The notes beneath the pieces were generated by a model, which was not told where the DNA came from, made no database searches, and worked only from the letters and a program-made list of their open reading frames with translations. A program made the translations under genes and the position numbers. A DNA stretch of 64,000 nucleotides from Auanema rhodensis (Eukaryota > Animalia > Nematoda). The stretch covers positions 11,098,001 to 11,162,000 of the forward strand of contig OZ059896.1 of NCBI GenBank assembly GCA_964057225.1. Direction: 5' to 3'. Position 1 is the first letter of the stretch; every line of letters begins with the position of its first letter. Positions 25,701 through 40,100 of this stretch are shown here, piece after piece.

Positions 25701-28063
25701 TAAATAGTTTTTCATTCTCAATTCACTTCTTTTCACTTCAATTTCTATTATATTTTTCTGAATTTCATCATTTTGCATTTGTTTCGTTTTAAAATGAATT
25801 CTTAACCAGACAATAAAAACGAAAAAAAAAAAACTTAGTAAAAATCTTATAAATTATTGTTGGTTAGTCTATTTCAACCCAATCTTGACGTCTCACCTCT
25901 TTTCATTTAAATGGCCTAATGTAGTTTCCATTAGGACAATCTGTTGTTCAACACAAGGCAAAAGAAGACGTTCGCACGTTATGTCAAATCAACCGAACCA
26001 TAACCAAACTCGCTTTTTCATCAGAATCGCTATCTCCATCGTTATCGTCTTCATTCATAATTATTCTTGTACTTTCTCTTCTATTGTTGTTTTTAAATTA
26101 TCTTTTTTTACTCAAATTTCCCTTTTGTTGTGAATTCAAGCAGTTTTCTGGTAGTTTTTTTTGGTTCAACTTCTTTAGGTAAATTATTAAACTTAACGTT
26201 TAAATATCTATATATATATCTATTTATATAAATGTTTATATTAAAGCATATTAATGTTTAATCTTTAAAACTAGTTTTATATTCGGATTATATCGAAAAA
26301 GGTTTTATTTTCATAGTATAATCAGCCTAGTATTACAACACTATCTTTGAAGTTAATCAAGACAAATCCTGGTCAAACGTTTTGTTGTTTAAACAACAAA
26401 AAAAAAAGTTTTACTTGACCAACACATACAATTCTATTGAAAATAGATTTTTTCTGTCAATCTATATATTACATTTTAAAAACTCATCTTTCATCTCATA
26501 TCCTGAAGGTGAATATTTGAAATATTACGCTGTTAGTGTGACAGGTCTCGTGAGGATTTCAAATCATATTGGATGTGTGTGTGTGTGTGTTATGGCGAGG
26601 GCGGAAGCTTGGAAAACATATTTATTGTTCAAAAAGCAATTTGAAAATTAAAATTTTTTTATTAAAATGAAAGTATAGTAGAATTGCTTTTCTCATTTTG
26701 AATTAAAAAAGTTTCACGACTACAATACATTGAAAGGAATATGTTGATACATACATAGATATGTATGTATATCTACACAAACTATCTGTTAACTATATCT
26801 ATATATAGTTAAAATTGAAGTAAAAATGTTTTAATTTTTACTCATTTAATCTTATTCAAGTTATATATCATATAATTAATTTATTAATGGTCATACAATA
26901 TTACTGTAGGATTGAGTAGTCATTGAATGATAATGATGATGTGTTGTTTTTCGTTTGTCAATCAAATGTTTTTAGTCATTAGAGATATAGATTCTGTAAT
27001 TCTTTCTTCTAAATGTAAACCATGTATGGTGTATGTTCTTCGCGGGAAAATAAGAGAAGAATATACAAAACGAATGAATGACGTTGACGGAGATGATGAC
27101 AAACTTCGAGATGACGGATTAATGTCGTTTATTTCTAGTCTGTTGGCCCTTTTCTCTTAATGATAATCGGCAAAACTATGATATCTACATCAGCATTTAT
27201 TTGGATTCTAGCAATTATATGAATAAAATCTTACTATGTTTGCCATTTCAACCTGTTCCAACATCCATTTCGACGTATTCAGGGATGAGAAATTCTTTTT
27301 TTAGCCATTCTTCTTATAATATTTTCAATTCATTTCCATCGTTTAATCCCTTCAAAACTTTTTTAAAAGCGTGAATAACTGAAACATTACTTCTAAATTC
27401 TTTCACCGAATGTTTGGCTGCAAGTGAATTGAAATAAAATTTTCAAAAGAGCAAATCGAAAAAAAATCCTAACAACTTCTGACGAGATAAAGGCTTGGCT
27501 GTCTCTTGACTTTAGCAGGGAAGTCCTTCATCCAGCTCCAAACATGGACGTCGGAGCTGCTCAATCGATATGCCAGGTTGCTCAGATGCTTTGTCAGCTT
27601 TCTAGGCTTTAAAGCTGGCAAATAATTTCATTTTGTTCCAACTAACTGCGTTATCTTCAATCTCAGAAATTTTAATACCCGATCATAGACTTATATATGT
27701 ATATAAACGTCTTTCTATGTACACAGATGCATATATATATATATCCTTGATAAGAATTTAACAATCATAAAACTTTTTTTCCTTATATTTCTTTTAAAAT
27801 TTTTTTGTTTAACTTTAAAAATTTAAATGAATGGCAATCCCTTGTAATTTGTTCCTTAGGGGCATGATCTATTTTTTCGTTTTACTCTCAAATGAATAGA
27901 ATATTCTAAGTCAATAAGAATGACGACTAAGTAGAGAAAGATAGCAAAAGAGACAAGAAAGAAAGGTTTGTTGCTCAATTCAACAAGTTTTCCTCCCACA
28001 GAATCTTTTCATTCAACCTTTTTCATCGATTTGTTAATGATATAGAAAGAAAGAAACAGAGAA

Positions 28064-28094
<31 letters not shown>

Positions 28095-29061
28095 TAGAGT
28101 GAGAGGGAGAGAGAAAGAGAGAGTGAGTGAATCCATATACAGTAACAAGCTTCATTAGCAAAATTTGAAAAAACATATTTTACTTAAAAACTTTATAATT
28201 AAACTTCTATTTTTACAGAATATTTACTCTATATAATACATAGCTGATTCATCATTTACTTTTCAATTTTCCCTTTTCTCTATGATTTGGAGTAAATTAT
28301 TTTAACGAATGTTAGTCTTTTGCCTTCAGATTAGGTTGACGTGATTTTCAAACAAAATCATGAGAAATCCGGAAATCATATACTTTATGCCTTTTGCTCT
28401 CCGCTTCAAAACTCAGCATCAACAGTAGTACGATGAAGATGAAAAAACATTGAAAAAAGAAAATTTTCTCAAATATCTCTTGGGAACAGATAGCATCATT
28501 TCTATTGAAGCAATCACAATTTCTTGTTTTTTTTTCCAAGTTCATTAGAATTTAAAATATTCTTAAATATATACTATACTACACTAAATATTCAACTTAT
28601 TCTTATAAATATAATATTTTACTAATTTCTTATGTGTTACATCCATGTTTCTCAATATTTCGTAGATATTGCTCAATTGATCCATCTCTTCATTCTTCAA
28701 ATTTTATTGGCTTTATTCATATATGTGTCATTTTCCTATTTTCATATTTTGTACGAAGCATACATACATGTATATATCTTCGTTTTCTTTAATATATTCG
28801 TCGTAATTGCTTGAATCTAAAAGAATAATACAATGAAAAGATACCTTCTTACTTTAAGAAATAAAAATAATAATATATGTATATAAAACTAAAACTTATA
28901 AACTTTATTAAAAGTTTTAAAAACAGATACATGTATCTATGTATATAGGTAATATATTCTTTAGGTATTTATCAAGTTTTATTCATCAAATGATTTATCA
29001 TTTTCTAATTTCTCAGCTTTTCTCATATATTTTTCCTTTTCCATCTTTTGGCCTTACACGT

Positions 29062-29290
29062 TCACGTGATAGTCATGCAACATGGATGAGCGTTTATCCA
29101 TTTTCCATACGCCTCGAGCAATGAACGGTTGTCTTCTTGCTCTTCCATTAGTTTCAACACGTCTCTGAATACTTTTTCATGTTTTAAGAGTACAGAATGA
29201 AAAAATTCTAAGAAACTCCAGAATTTTTCATGACGTCCAACTAATTTTGAAAAAAAAAAGTAAAGAGAACGTCTTTCGATAAGTCGTGTT
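29062..29290 (-). mobile_element. Possible short RTE-type LINE tail relic
   Basis: The minus frame GRHEKFWS..VFRDV..RSLLEAYGKW loosely follows the recalled nematode RTE tail GRKRKFWT..FRRDV..QALAEDREGW. No splice context links it to a gene. Confidence 0.25.
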
Positions 29291-32200
29291 TCGGTGTTTT
29301 TATTTTTACTTAATTTCTCAATCCGAACTACACATACAAGACACAACAATTAAATTTATGTACAGCACTTTTTATAAATAACTATAGAAGTTCATTATTT
29401 TGTTTTTTAAAAATAAACAAAACTATTTTTGAGTTTTTTTTTGGATAAATTGTGCCAATTGACAGGCAACAAAGCGCTTTACTCTTGCTAATGCATTAAA
29501 ATGTTGTCGATTTCTTTTATTTTCAAAATTTTTCTCTTTTTTTTTAACTTTTAGGATAAAAGTATGAAAATGCATAAATTAGAAATAATATACGAAACTA
29601 TTTTTTCATTTATTCTTTATTATTATTATGATTATGTATATATTATAATATTTATTCAACAATTCAATAATAATAAAACATATTATTAAGTAAAATAATA
29701 ATAAATTTGCATGATCATCATTCAATGTGTTTATCTCAAAGCTTTATTACCTTGTTTTCTATTTCATTTCATTTTTAAAAAATTTGAAAACAATGTAAAA
29801 TATACTTTGAACTTTGCAAGAATACATTAATTGGAAAAGAAATCCTTTTATTATCTGTTGAAGAAGCCTATAGAAGATTTATAAATTTTCCTGAAATATT
29901 TCATAATATTTCTTTTCCTCTCATTATTCTTGTCATGTATTTTTACTTTTGTGCAAACTGGATTTTTGGTTGAACATTGCTTTCCAGTCTGATTTTGACA
30001 TAAGCTCTGTTTCTCTTTTTATCTCTCTCTCTCTATCTATCTATCACTCTCTCTCTCCCTCTCTCTCCCTCTCTCTTTATCTATCTCTCTCTCTCTCTCT
30101 CTCCCTCTCTCTTGTTTCTCTTTTATTTCCTTTTTCTTGTATCTTTAGCTATTTTTTTCTTAGAGTTCTTCATATTTTCTCAATTTGTGTCATTTTCCTT
30201 CTTCTCTCTTTTCTAATGTAGTTGCTAATTAAATTGGCTAAAATATCTTTTTTTCCCTCGTATATAGAGAAAGCTTTCAAATAGTTAAAAGTGAATCATA
30301 TGTATATAGTTAGTTAAAGTCGTTAGATTTTTATATTTCTTTCTATATCATTTGAATATATTCTTTGTTTCTATTTTTATTAAATCATATTTGAAGATGT
30401 GTCTTTTCATTTGTTTTTTAATATATTTTGTTAAATATATTTATCTATACACATCTATTTTATTTATTTGAAATATTGTATTCAAAAGTACTTTATTATT
30501 GAATGTGTCTCTTTTTTTGCTTTTTGATGTGCCTCTCTTTTTGCTTTTTGAACTTTTTAATTTAAATTTTTTGAACTTTTTTTCAAACTGAGTGTCAAGA
30601 ATTTTTAAAATTATTTTGTGCTAATGAGAATTTAAAAATCATGTAATCCTCAATAATTCAAAAATGTTTATTTCATTTGAAGGATTTTTTTTGTTTTTTT
30701 TTTGTTATAAACTAAATACCTTATTTTAAAAAAATAAAGAAAGAAACAATATATATGGATACATATGAATCTACTTGAATATACATATGTATAGTCTCAT
30801 GAAAGATATATATCTTTATAACATATAACTTTAAACTATAAATTAATTTTTTCCATTATTTGTTTCCAATTTATTCATTTTTCTTCAATTTATAGTCTGA
30901 TCTGAAATTAAAAATATACAATAAAATATTCAATTCTTTTCAGACAGAATACATCTGCTGTCTGTTTGTCATAAGAAGTTTCAATTCTTCTTCTTTTTTT
31001 TTTTTTACTTTTAACTTACTCGTTTCGTATACATCCTGCATTCAATTACGTTTCTATCGAGAACCTTCATCGAACTGTTTATTGACTTCAGAATCCCAAG
31101 TGCATCACTGACTATCAATAGTGCAATTGATTTCGTAACTCGATTCCATTGTGCAATTTCAGTTTATCGATGTTACTGATCGTCAATTGGAAATATTTTA
31201 CATGAACAAACTTTTTAGACAATATGAATATGTAAAATATTTTCTATTTTAATATATTTTATTATATAAATATCTTCTTTATAAGTTTTTAACATTAATT
31301 CTTCTCTATTTATCTTTCTTCGTTTAAACTTAGACCTACTGCATACTGTGTATACAATGTAGCCAAAAATTCTTCTAAACTTTCGTTTTTTTTTCTTCTT
31401 CAAAAAAAATATGAAGAAATACATATATATTTCATATAATTAATACTAAATAAACTATAATTAATTCAACTGCTTCTTTGATATTAAATATGAGATATAT
31501 CACATAATTGCATCTAATTCTCAAATTAGCGATCAAAGTTTCGTGCTGTGTCAAACACATTTGCGGAAAAATGAAATCAGAATTGTGTTTAAAACGTTTT
31601 TTCATTCAGTATATGTGCACATTCCTCACATATCACGTATACTGAATGCTTACATATACATTCATATATGTATGTATGTATGTATATACATATATGAATG
31701 TGAATAGAATATCTATTCATCTTATCAGTTCTGTTCAGAGTTCACTTGCAAAACTGAATTCCAAATTTTTGTCGTCTCCATCATCGTTCAATCTATCAAT
31801 CCCAAAAGTTTATTCTCAGAAAAGAAGACAAGCTTTTTTTTCTTCATAAAAATCCGATTTCAACCGTATTTCTCATGCAATTAGTGATTAACCAAAAACG
31901 AATGTGTATAGTCTGCAAACGATAAAGATGATTCATCTCATGGAATAGTGACATCAAGTTCGTGTTTCCATTCGATTGCTAAAATACTATTTTTCATTTT
32001 TCTCCATATAGATAATGAGTTCGAAGTATAATTATACTATTATGTCATCCTACTTTTCTATTTTAATTTCAAAATAACTTATATATAGAGAGAGAGAGGA
32101 GAGATCAATAGATAGATAAATAGATATAAAAATAATATATGATTTCTCATTGATAATTCAATAAACAGATAATATTCTGATCTCAATTTTTCTTTTTCTT

Positions 32201-32955
32201 TTCATTTTTTTCTTCGTTTTATTCTATACAAATACATACACATACACATACATGTCGATGAATGATTATTCACCATTCTCATCCGATCACCCCCCCCCTC
32301 TGCGCACGAAAGCCTTTTTTGGGTCTTCTGTCTTACGTATGTCATCATGAGATTCTTATTTTCATAATATTAATATCTATATATCTATATCTATTCTTTA
32401 ATAATATTATTAAAATATTAAAATGAAAGAAAATATTATTTAAAAAGACATATAATTAAATATTATCTTTAAATATACTGTAAATATATATATTTATAGA
32501 GATATAAAATAGGCTTTGGTTAAGATAATCATATTAACAGTCTTGTTTCTCTGCTACTTTATTTCTAAACCATATACCATATAGCATTATTCATGTTTTT
32601 TGGACGATTAAGCAACAACTGCTGCAGTTTTGTCGGTTTTGCCTTACTTTGCTCTAAGTTCTCCAACTAGATTTACTATTTAAACCTTTCCTCAATTTCA
32701 ACATATTATATTCATTCTATTCACTATTGGTTTGTTTTTTGTCCTCAATTTCTTTGATTATCTCTCTATTCTTAGTTTTTTTTTGCACGAAATTCTTTTA
32801 TTCGATACATAGATTATAGATTTCAAGTAATTATCTAGCGGGGATAGAGAAAATCAGAAAATAGCAAAAATGTTAAGAGAGAAAGATAGAGAGACAGATA
32901 TATGTATATAGAGAGATCAACAAGGAATAGAGGACGAAATGAGTTTGTGAAAAAT

Positions 32956-32959
<4 letters not shown>

Positions 32960-33004
<45 letters not shown>
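32960..33004. repeat. (AG)n microsatellite
   Basis: Directly visible. Confidence 0.95.
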
Positions 33005-33007
<3 letters not shown>

Positions 33008-33091
33008 AAGAAATAGAGAAAGAGTGAAAGAAAAATGAAAAAAGTATTGCAAAGTATGAGACACGTTGCTCTAAGAGGCTTACCTGATTCT

Positions 33092-33108
33092 CCCCCCCCC
33101 CCCCCCCC
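33092..33108. repeat. C17/G17 homopolymer tract
   Basis: 17 consecutive C in an otherwise AT-rich region. Confidence 0.95.
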
Positions 33109-35737
33109 ACCGGCCGCAAATGTCACGAAGAACGAACACAGTATCATCTCTGTTTTTCTACATTTCAAGCCTTTAAACATTTGTTAATTAGATTGCTAAA
33201 TTACAGTTTATCATATTAGAACTGATAGACAATCAAATTAATTTTTTAAATTTGTAATTTTATATCTTATATCATCAAAATTAAAGAAATGATCAAGGTA
33301 ATTTCAATTTAATTCTCTTCTTTGATGTAGTTCTTAATTTTTTTTGAAATTTGCAATGACCCTTAGTATATAAGAACTTGTGATAGTATCACAAGAATCT
33401 TTAATTTTCTTTATCTTTCAAAATGTTAATTGATTTCACAATAATGTTTTTGAAATATATTATATAATATATTTTATTATATATTTATATTTATATTTTA
33501 AATAATAAAAGATATTTTTAAATCAACTAACAATAGGGGATATATGGTAGCTACTAAAAGCTTTTGACCATGAGTTCATTTTTCTTCTTAATTGATTTTA
33601 CTGTTTTGATTTCTTATTCACATTTTTTCTCGTACACTTTTCCCTCCCTCCCTCTCTCCCTCCCTCCCTCTCTCCCTCTCTCCCTCCCTGTCTCTCTCCC
33701 TCGCTGTACCTCTACTTTCACTCTGCTTTTACTTGCCTTCCTTCACTTCATCAAATAACTTAATTTCTTTTCTCGTTTCCTTTTTTTGTTAAAAATCATT
33801 TGTTTTCTATTCAAAAAGTTTTTTTTTATCTAAACCATTACGCTTTCATTTCTTCTGTTTGGGTCATTTTATGTATAAAATAACAACCTTCAATTCGATT
33901 CTCGGCTTTGGCGAACAATTATTTCCCATTTCGGCACTGGCCATATTTCTGTTCCATGCTTTTAGCTTCACTAGATGTTGTCGGAACTTTTTTTATGAAG
34001 TTTACCATATTTTATTTATATTCAATTGTATTTTCATATGATTTTGAGAAAAAAAATTGTCTACCGTGAGCAATACGAAAAAACTATTTTCTCATCTGAT
34101 TTTTTCATTTGAAACCTCAAAGCACTCTTCAAACAATTGTTCAAGTTTTTACCAAAATTTCTTCTGATTACAAGTTTTTTTCCATTTTTGTGTTTTCTTC
34201 GAATAATCTTTTGGTCTTTTCTTCAAAGAATAAACGCTCAGAATATAAGCAGACAGTGATTGGTAACCATGGTAAATCAATGCCAGTCATCTCATTTTCT
34301 CTTTAAATCTTTATGACATATTCAATAGTTATTTATTCGAAGCATTTATATATATATATACCTTCCTCTTTCTTATAAACAATATTTTAGTATATTTCTT
34401 AGTTTCAAGGGAAACCCTTATTCCTTTTCTCTCTCTCTTTCGCTCTCCTTTTATCATTATTTGCCTCTTGTTCTCTATCGGCTATGTTCAATTTTTTCCC
34501 CTTTCGTCATTTCTCTCTTCATCACTCTTTTAACTATTTTATATCTTGGGTTGTTGTAATCATGTGACAGCAATTTATCCAGTTGGACTTCAGCTTTGGT
34601 CCATATATCGAAGCCTACTCAAGATAAGCCGTTGACGAATTGCTCAAAAAGGGGATTATTTCTATTTTTTTTGAGAAAAACAAGACGTCAGTCCGGAAAT
34701 AGAAAGACAAGCAGCTGATGTGACGAGTAGAGCCTGAATACTAGAAGTTGGAGAGAGTAGTATTAGCGTATCTACAAGAAAAATGTTCCATTGAAGCAAT
34801 ATTCTTCTATTATACATACATACAACATACATATATCACAATCATTCAATGTTTATCTATCAAAATTATATATTTTTATTTGATCTTTATATTCTTTTAT
34901 CTATAATTTCTATTGAATATATATATATATATTTATTTATTTATCAATAACATATTTCAGTTATGTGAAGCAATATATGGATGTGATGACAGCTCTATAC
35001 CAATATTCAGTTAGTCATAATTGGATCTATTCACAGGTCACAGTTGATTGAATGAAATAATTTATCTTTTAATAACTTTTTACCAAATATCCTTTAATAT
35101 CTGACTTTGTACAGATATTTTTCAACTATTTTCATTTATATATCTAAAAATATTTATATAACAAATCATTTATTAATCAATAATTATATTTTATTATTGT
35201 CTTCTTCTATTTTATGTATATAATCATACAAATATTAATAGTTTAAAAAATTTTTATAGTTAGCTTCTATTATATATTTTTCCTTTCAATTCTTATATAT
35301 ACTTCTTTTTTTATTTTTTTTACTTTATTCACTCATTCTTCCAGTTATTCCATTTTTTTTCGAGGCTTTGATCATGTGCTTTCTGTCACTCTCAGCTAAC
35401 CAATCCCACTCTTTCTTCTCTTTCCAATCATCACTACCCATAGAAATATTAAGTATACATACATAGATGTATATAAAAAGGAAAAAAAAAAGAATTGGAA
35501 TTGAAATAGTCTTAGGGTGTCAGTTTCACTTTATTCTTATTCAATCTTATTATAGAATATACTATATATTCTATAGTAATCTATAGACTTTAGAATACTG
35601 TTTCAAATACAAAATTCTTTATAATTTGTCAGACTTTTTCACTTCTAATTCTTCAATATGTGTCATGGCTCTCTGTCACCAGTAGAAAGTTCGTATTTGA
35701 GCACAGTATCGTATTACATTTCTCTTTATCTCTACCA

Positions 35738-35740
<3 letters not shown>

Positions 35741-35791
<51 letters not shown>
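35741..35791. repeat. (CT)n microsatellite
   Basis: Directly visible. Confidence 0.95.
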
Positions 35792-35795
<4 letters not shown>

Positions 35796-37060
35796 TCTAT
35801 TTTGCTCTCCCTTTCTATCTGTCTTCATTTTCAAGGGTGAAGCTCCGAAAAAAAACACAATATTTTCTTTTTTTTTTGTTTTTTTTTTTAACAAATATTT
35901 CACTATTTAGCTTTTCCATCTAATGGATCTTTCTATTCTTATACAATTTACTTGTTGTTTCTGGTTATTTTGACAAATTCTTATATTTATTATATAATTT
36001 ATATATTTTTTGAACTTTTATAACAAAGAATATATCTTTTCTTTCTTTTTTTACTTTTTTTCTCATATATTCCTCTTTTATATATTTATCTTTTAATACG
36101 TTTAGTCATTTACCTTTTCACTTGTCATTTCAATAATCTTTAGTTGTCTCAAACATGTCTTAAGCTTAAGTATGAGAAACTGAACCATTTTTCATTTTTC
36201 TATTTTGATTATCCAACAATTCTTTGATGCTCAACGTGTTTCACAGTACATTCTTCTAATTTTCAAAATAACAGAATTCTTTCACACTTTAACTTCCTAG
36301 TTGTTATGTAAATATCCAATAACTATCTATTCTGATTTTTCAATATATTTCATTCAGCCCTTTGAAAGTTCATGTGTTTTATTTTCAAAATCTAGACGCT
36401 TCTCAATAGAATTTCTCACTATTCATCCTTAACTTGTTTTATTCTTGTCAACAAAATATGAAATTTAGTACAAAATTTCATAGTAAAGCTTATTTTTTTA
36501 CTCAAATAGTTGAAAAAAACGCTCAAAATATATTTAATTCGCTCTATTTGTTTGATTTCTATTTATGCACTAACGAGAACGTATGAGAGTGATTATCTAT
36601 GAACTTACATTGTTCTCATATGAACTTTTCACTCTGCAAATCTCTTAAATTTGGTTGTCAATCAAGAAACAAACTTATAATGCCATAAAACTACATTAAC
36701 AAAACCAGAGAGAATCAGAGAAAACTGGACTACAAGAAAGCGAAACATGCGCTTTAGACACGCTTTTCCATGTCACATGTTGATGTCCGAAGAGTACCCG
36801 ACATAAGTCATGTATCATTATTTCTCGTTGTCTATAGTCTATTCTCTCTCTCTCTGTATCGTTAGTCGTTCTCTCTTGCCAATTTTTTTCCTTGTCCTCT
36901 CAGCTGATTCTATTACACTGTTCGTTGCATTTGTCTGCTTTCCCGTCTTGCAAAACCTTCGATTAATTTTTACATCTTTATTTAGAAAATATGTAGATAT
37001 TATGCTTATATCACTTTTAATATTATATCTTGATTAATCTTAATAATTTTCAAAAAATAT

Positions 37061-37146
37061 TCATGTTATTCAACAGAAAATTTCATTTCCGATTACCCCG
37101 ACCACGTTGTCTGCATGGGTTGAGATCGTTCAGTTTGATCACATGA
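37061..37146 (+). ncRNA. Candidate bantam-family microRNA hairpin (miR-58-like, mature on the 3' arm, about 37121-37142)
   Basis: TGAGATCGTTCAGT (37121-37134) equals the first 14 nt of C. elegans miR-58 as recalled. 37061-37085 pairs with 37121-37146 (about 21 bp, three single mismatches, one 1x2 loop). The terminal loop is long (35 nt). Confidence 0.5.
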
Positions 37147-40100
37147 TCGACGAAAGGCATGACAAATTAAAAGTGCGAATGTTTAAAAAATGAAGAAATC
37201 GAAATTTTCATGTTAGGAAAAAGAGAAGAAAAACGAGAGAGGACTAAATTGAAATTGGCTGAATTGAACTTTAGCAGAAGCTTTCTTAATGTGAATGTGA
37301 GAAGTTCAAAATCTTTAATATACATACTACAATATATTTTATATATTTATATAAATTTATATAAATATGTATCTATGAATATTTAATTTTTGAAAAAAGG
37401 AAAGTTATAAGATATTTATATAATCTTTTCCTTATCAAACATATGATTAAAATCTAAACTATTGTATCAGAGTGAATCATGTGAACAAAGGGAATGCAAC
37501 CGGTCGTCATAACCACGTGAGGAAAAAAAAAAAGGAAAGCCCATCTATAGCTAAACTTATATAATTACAGATTATAATTATCTAAGAATGTCCTTCTATT
37601 ATCTTTATTTTATCATTTTCATTAATTGCAAAATGCCATTTAAAACCTGTTTTCTTTGTAATTTATAATAATATTAGCTATATTAATGTATATTCATAGA
37701 TGTATGTATTTAGACATACTATATGCATGTATTTCGTCAGCTAAATAACAATTTCATCATTATAATATTATTTATAATTACAATTACATAAAAATGATAA
37801 TTATAATATTACATTTTTCATGTAACGTTATGTTTTTGCAAAAAAAATTGAAGAAGAAGAAGAAGAAAGTATTTTTTATTTTACCTTACTACTCTTCTTC
37901 TTCTAACTCTTATTCAACTTTCCAGAAATTATTGATTCCAAAGAATTGTATATTCGTATTCTTATTCGACGATGTTTAAGTGGTCGAATAGTTCTTTTTC
38001 CCATCAATTGTATTCTTAAAGTGGTCATCTTTATTTTATAAAACAAATATATATCCATACATATACATATATGTATATGAATGTATTTAGAAAAGCTAGT
38101 TATCTTTTCTTTTTTTTTTGTTCTTTTAATGAATTCTTTGATATTTTCTATATATTATTCTTATTTTTCTATTCTTTTTATACTTTGATAGCTTCTAATT
38201 TTGATAAATATGTATCCATAATATTGATTCATACAATTGTTTTCTTACAACCAATTCTAACTACATATGTAAATTCTGGTACTTCCCCTTTTTCCCAAAA
38301 AAAAAATAACAGATTTGAAGAAACTGATTCAAAAATTCCACAGTTGTTTCGATTGTTATGTTTTTTTTATTTTGTCTGCCAAATTCTCACGAGTTCTGTT
38401 GGATCAGCTTTATATGAACAAAAAGCTCTTTCTTTATTTATATCCGAAACATACATATATGGCTCTTTTCCTCACTTTTCCTTCCTACTCACTTCCTCAA
38501 CAATCAACTCCCATCTACCTATCTATCTATCTATCTATCTAACTATCTATTTCTCCATCGTTCGTTTTCCTTTATTTTAAAAATAATTTATAAATAGTAT
38601 TATACGAAATGAATTTAACTGTAAAAAGGATTAGATTGACATTGTTACCAATATTTTGATAAGAAATTCGAGTCTTTATCGAAAAATTCTGGGAAAGATG
38701 AACATTTTTTTTAAATTTATTATTCTGATTGTTTAAATTTATCATTCATTTTGTACTTTTATTTGATATTATTAAACTTATGCTATACATGTATGAATTT
38801 AAAATTTATGTTTCATTTCGTCACATTATTCAAATTTTTCGTTTTTTTTTTTTAAATTTTCATATATTTTTCAAATTTTTATTCAATATACATACAAATG
38901 TATATGTATTTAATATTAAATTTCCTTGAATATATAAGAGAAAAGTTAAAAAAATACCCTTGACACTTCATATTTAGTTATTTTTTAGACTTTTATTCAT
39001 TGTTTTTACAAACAATTCTCATTTTTTTAAATTAAATAATGAACAATTTAATTTGTTTTTAAATTATAATTCGTTTTTTTTCAAATTATAGATGAGTTCG
39101 TACAATTGAAATATACTAATTATTCATTTTTGATTGCCATATTTGATTTGATAGTTTTGTTGTTAGTTTACGACTTAACTGTTTTTTCTTGTTTTCTTAT
39201 TTTTTTTTCTATTCGTTTTCTCTTGAATTCTTAATTAACTTTTCTCAAATTTATTTAGTTTGTACAAAATGTTTTGATGAAATTAACACTGAGAAACTTG
39301 ATAGGAAATATGTATGTTTAAATAGACTTCTTTAGTAACAAGAAAATAGAATTTAAATAATAAAATAAATTTTATTATATCATATATTGATATAATATAT
39401 CTTAGAATTATTACTTATAGTGCTATTTTAATTACGAAATCTAAATAGATAACTTACAGCTTTTTATCAAATTTTCGTTATCGTCCCGTAAAAATGTGTT
39501 GTGAAGTTGTTTACTTTTCGTCCTTATTTGGATATTATTTCCTAATTTATAATCTTTTATATTCTGATGTACACTTTATGATAATAAGTTAGAACTACGA
39601 TGTTCAACAATTATTTTTTTTTTTTTGCAAATTAAAGTTCATTGTCATGTTTTTCCAACTTTCCAACTTTATTAGATCTTCGTATTAACAAGAGATGTTA
39701 AATATTACAAGATTATGGTTATGGCGATAGAGCAATTGGTTAAATACAAAAGAAGATTATTTACAACTTCTCAATGAGATGACAGTTGGTTCTAAGCATA
39801 CCGCTTAGAGCCACCAACTTTCTTTCATTAGCATATCAACTGTCATATATTGTATACCATTTATACCTTAATTTTTATAATATTTTATTATTTCTTATCT
39901 ATCATCTTTCTTCTCTATTTTACTTTTTTTTTCGAAAAAAAAAAAAAAAAAAACAAAACCTTTAATAAACTATATGATTTTATTATAAATATTTTATAAT
40001 TTTTCTCATTTCTTTCTTTTAATATTAATTTTCTTTATCAATCAATATATCTTTTTTAATTCATATTTCTTTCCTATTATAGGACTGTTCTATACCCATA

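Noticed and set aside
35431-35441. Complement of the miR-71 3' half (TCACTACCCAT)
   Set aside because: No seed match and no hairpin.
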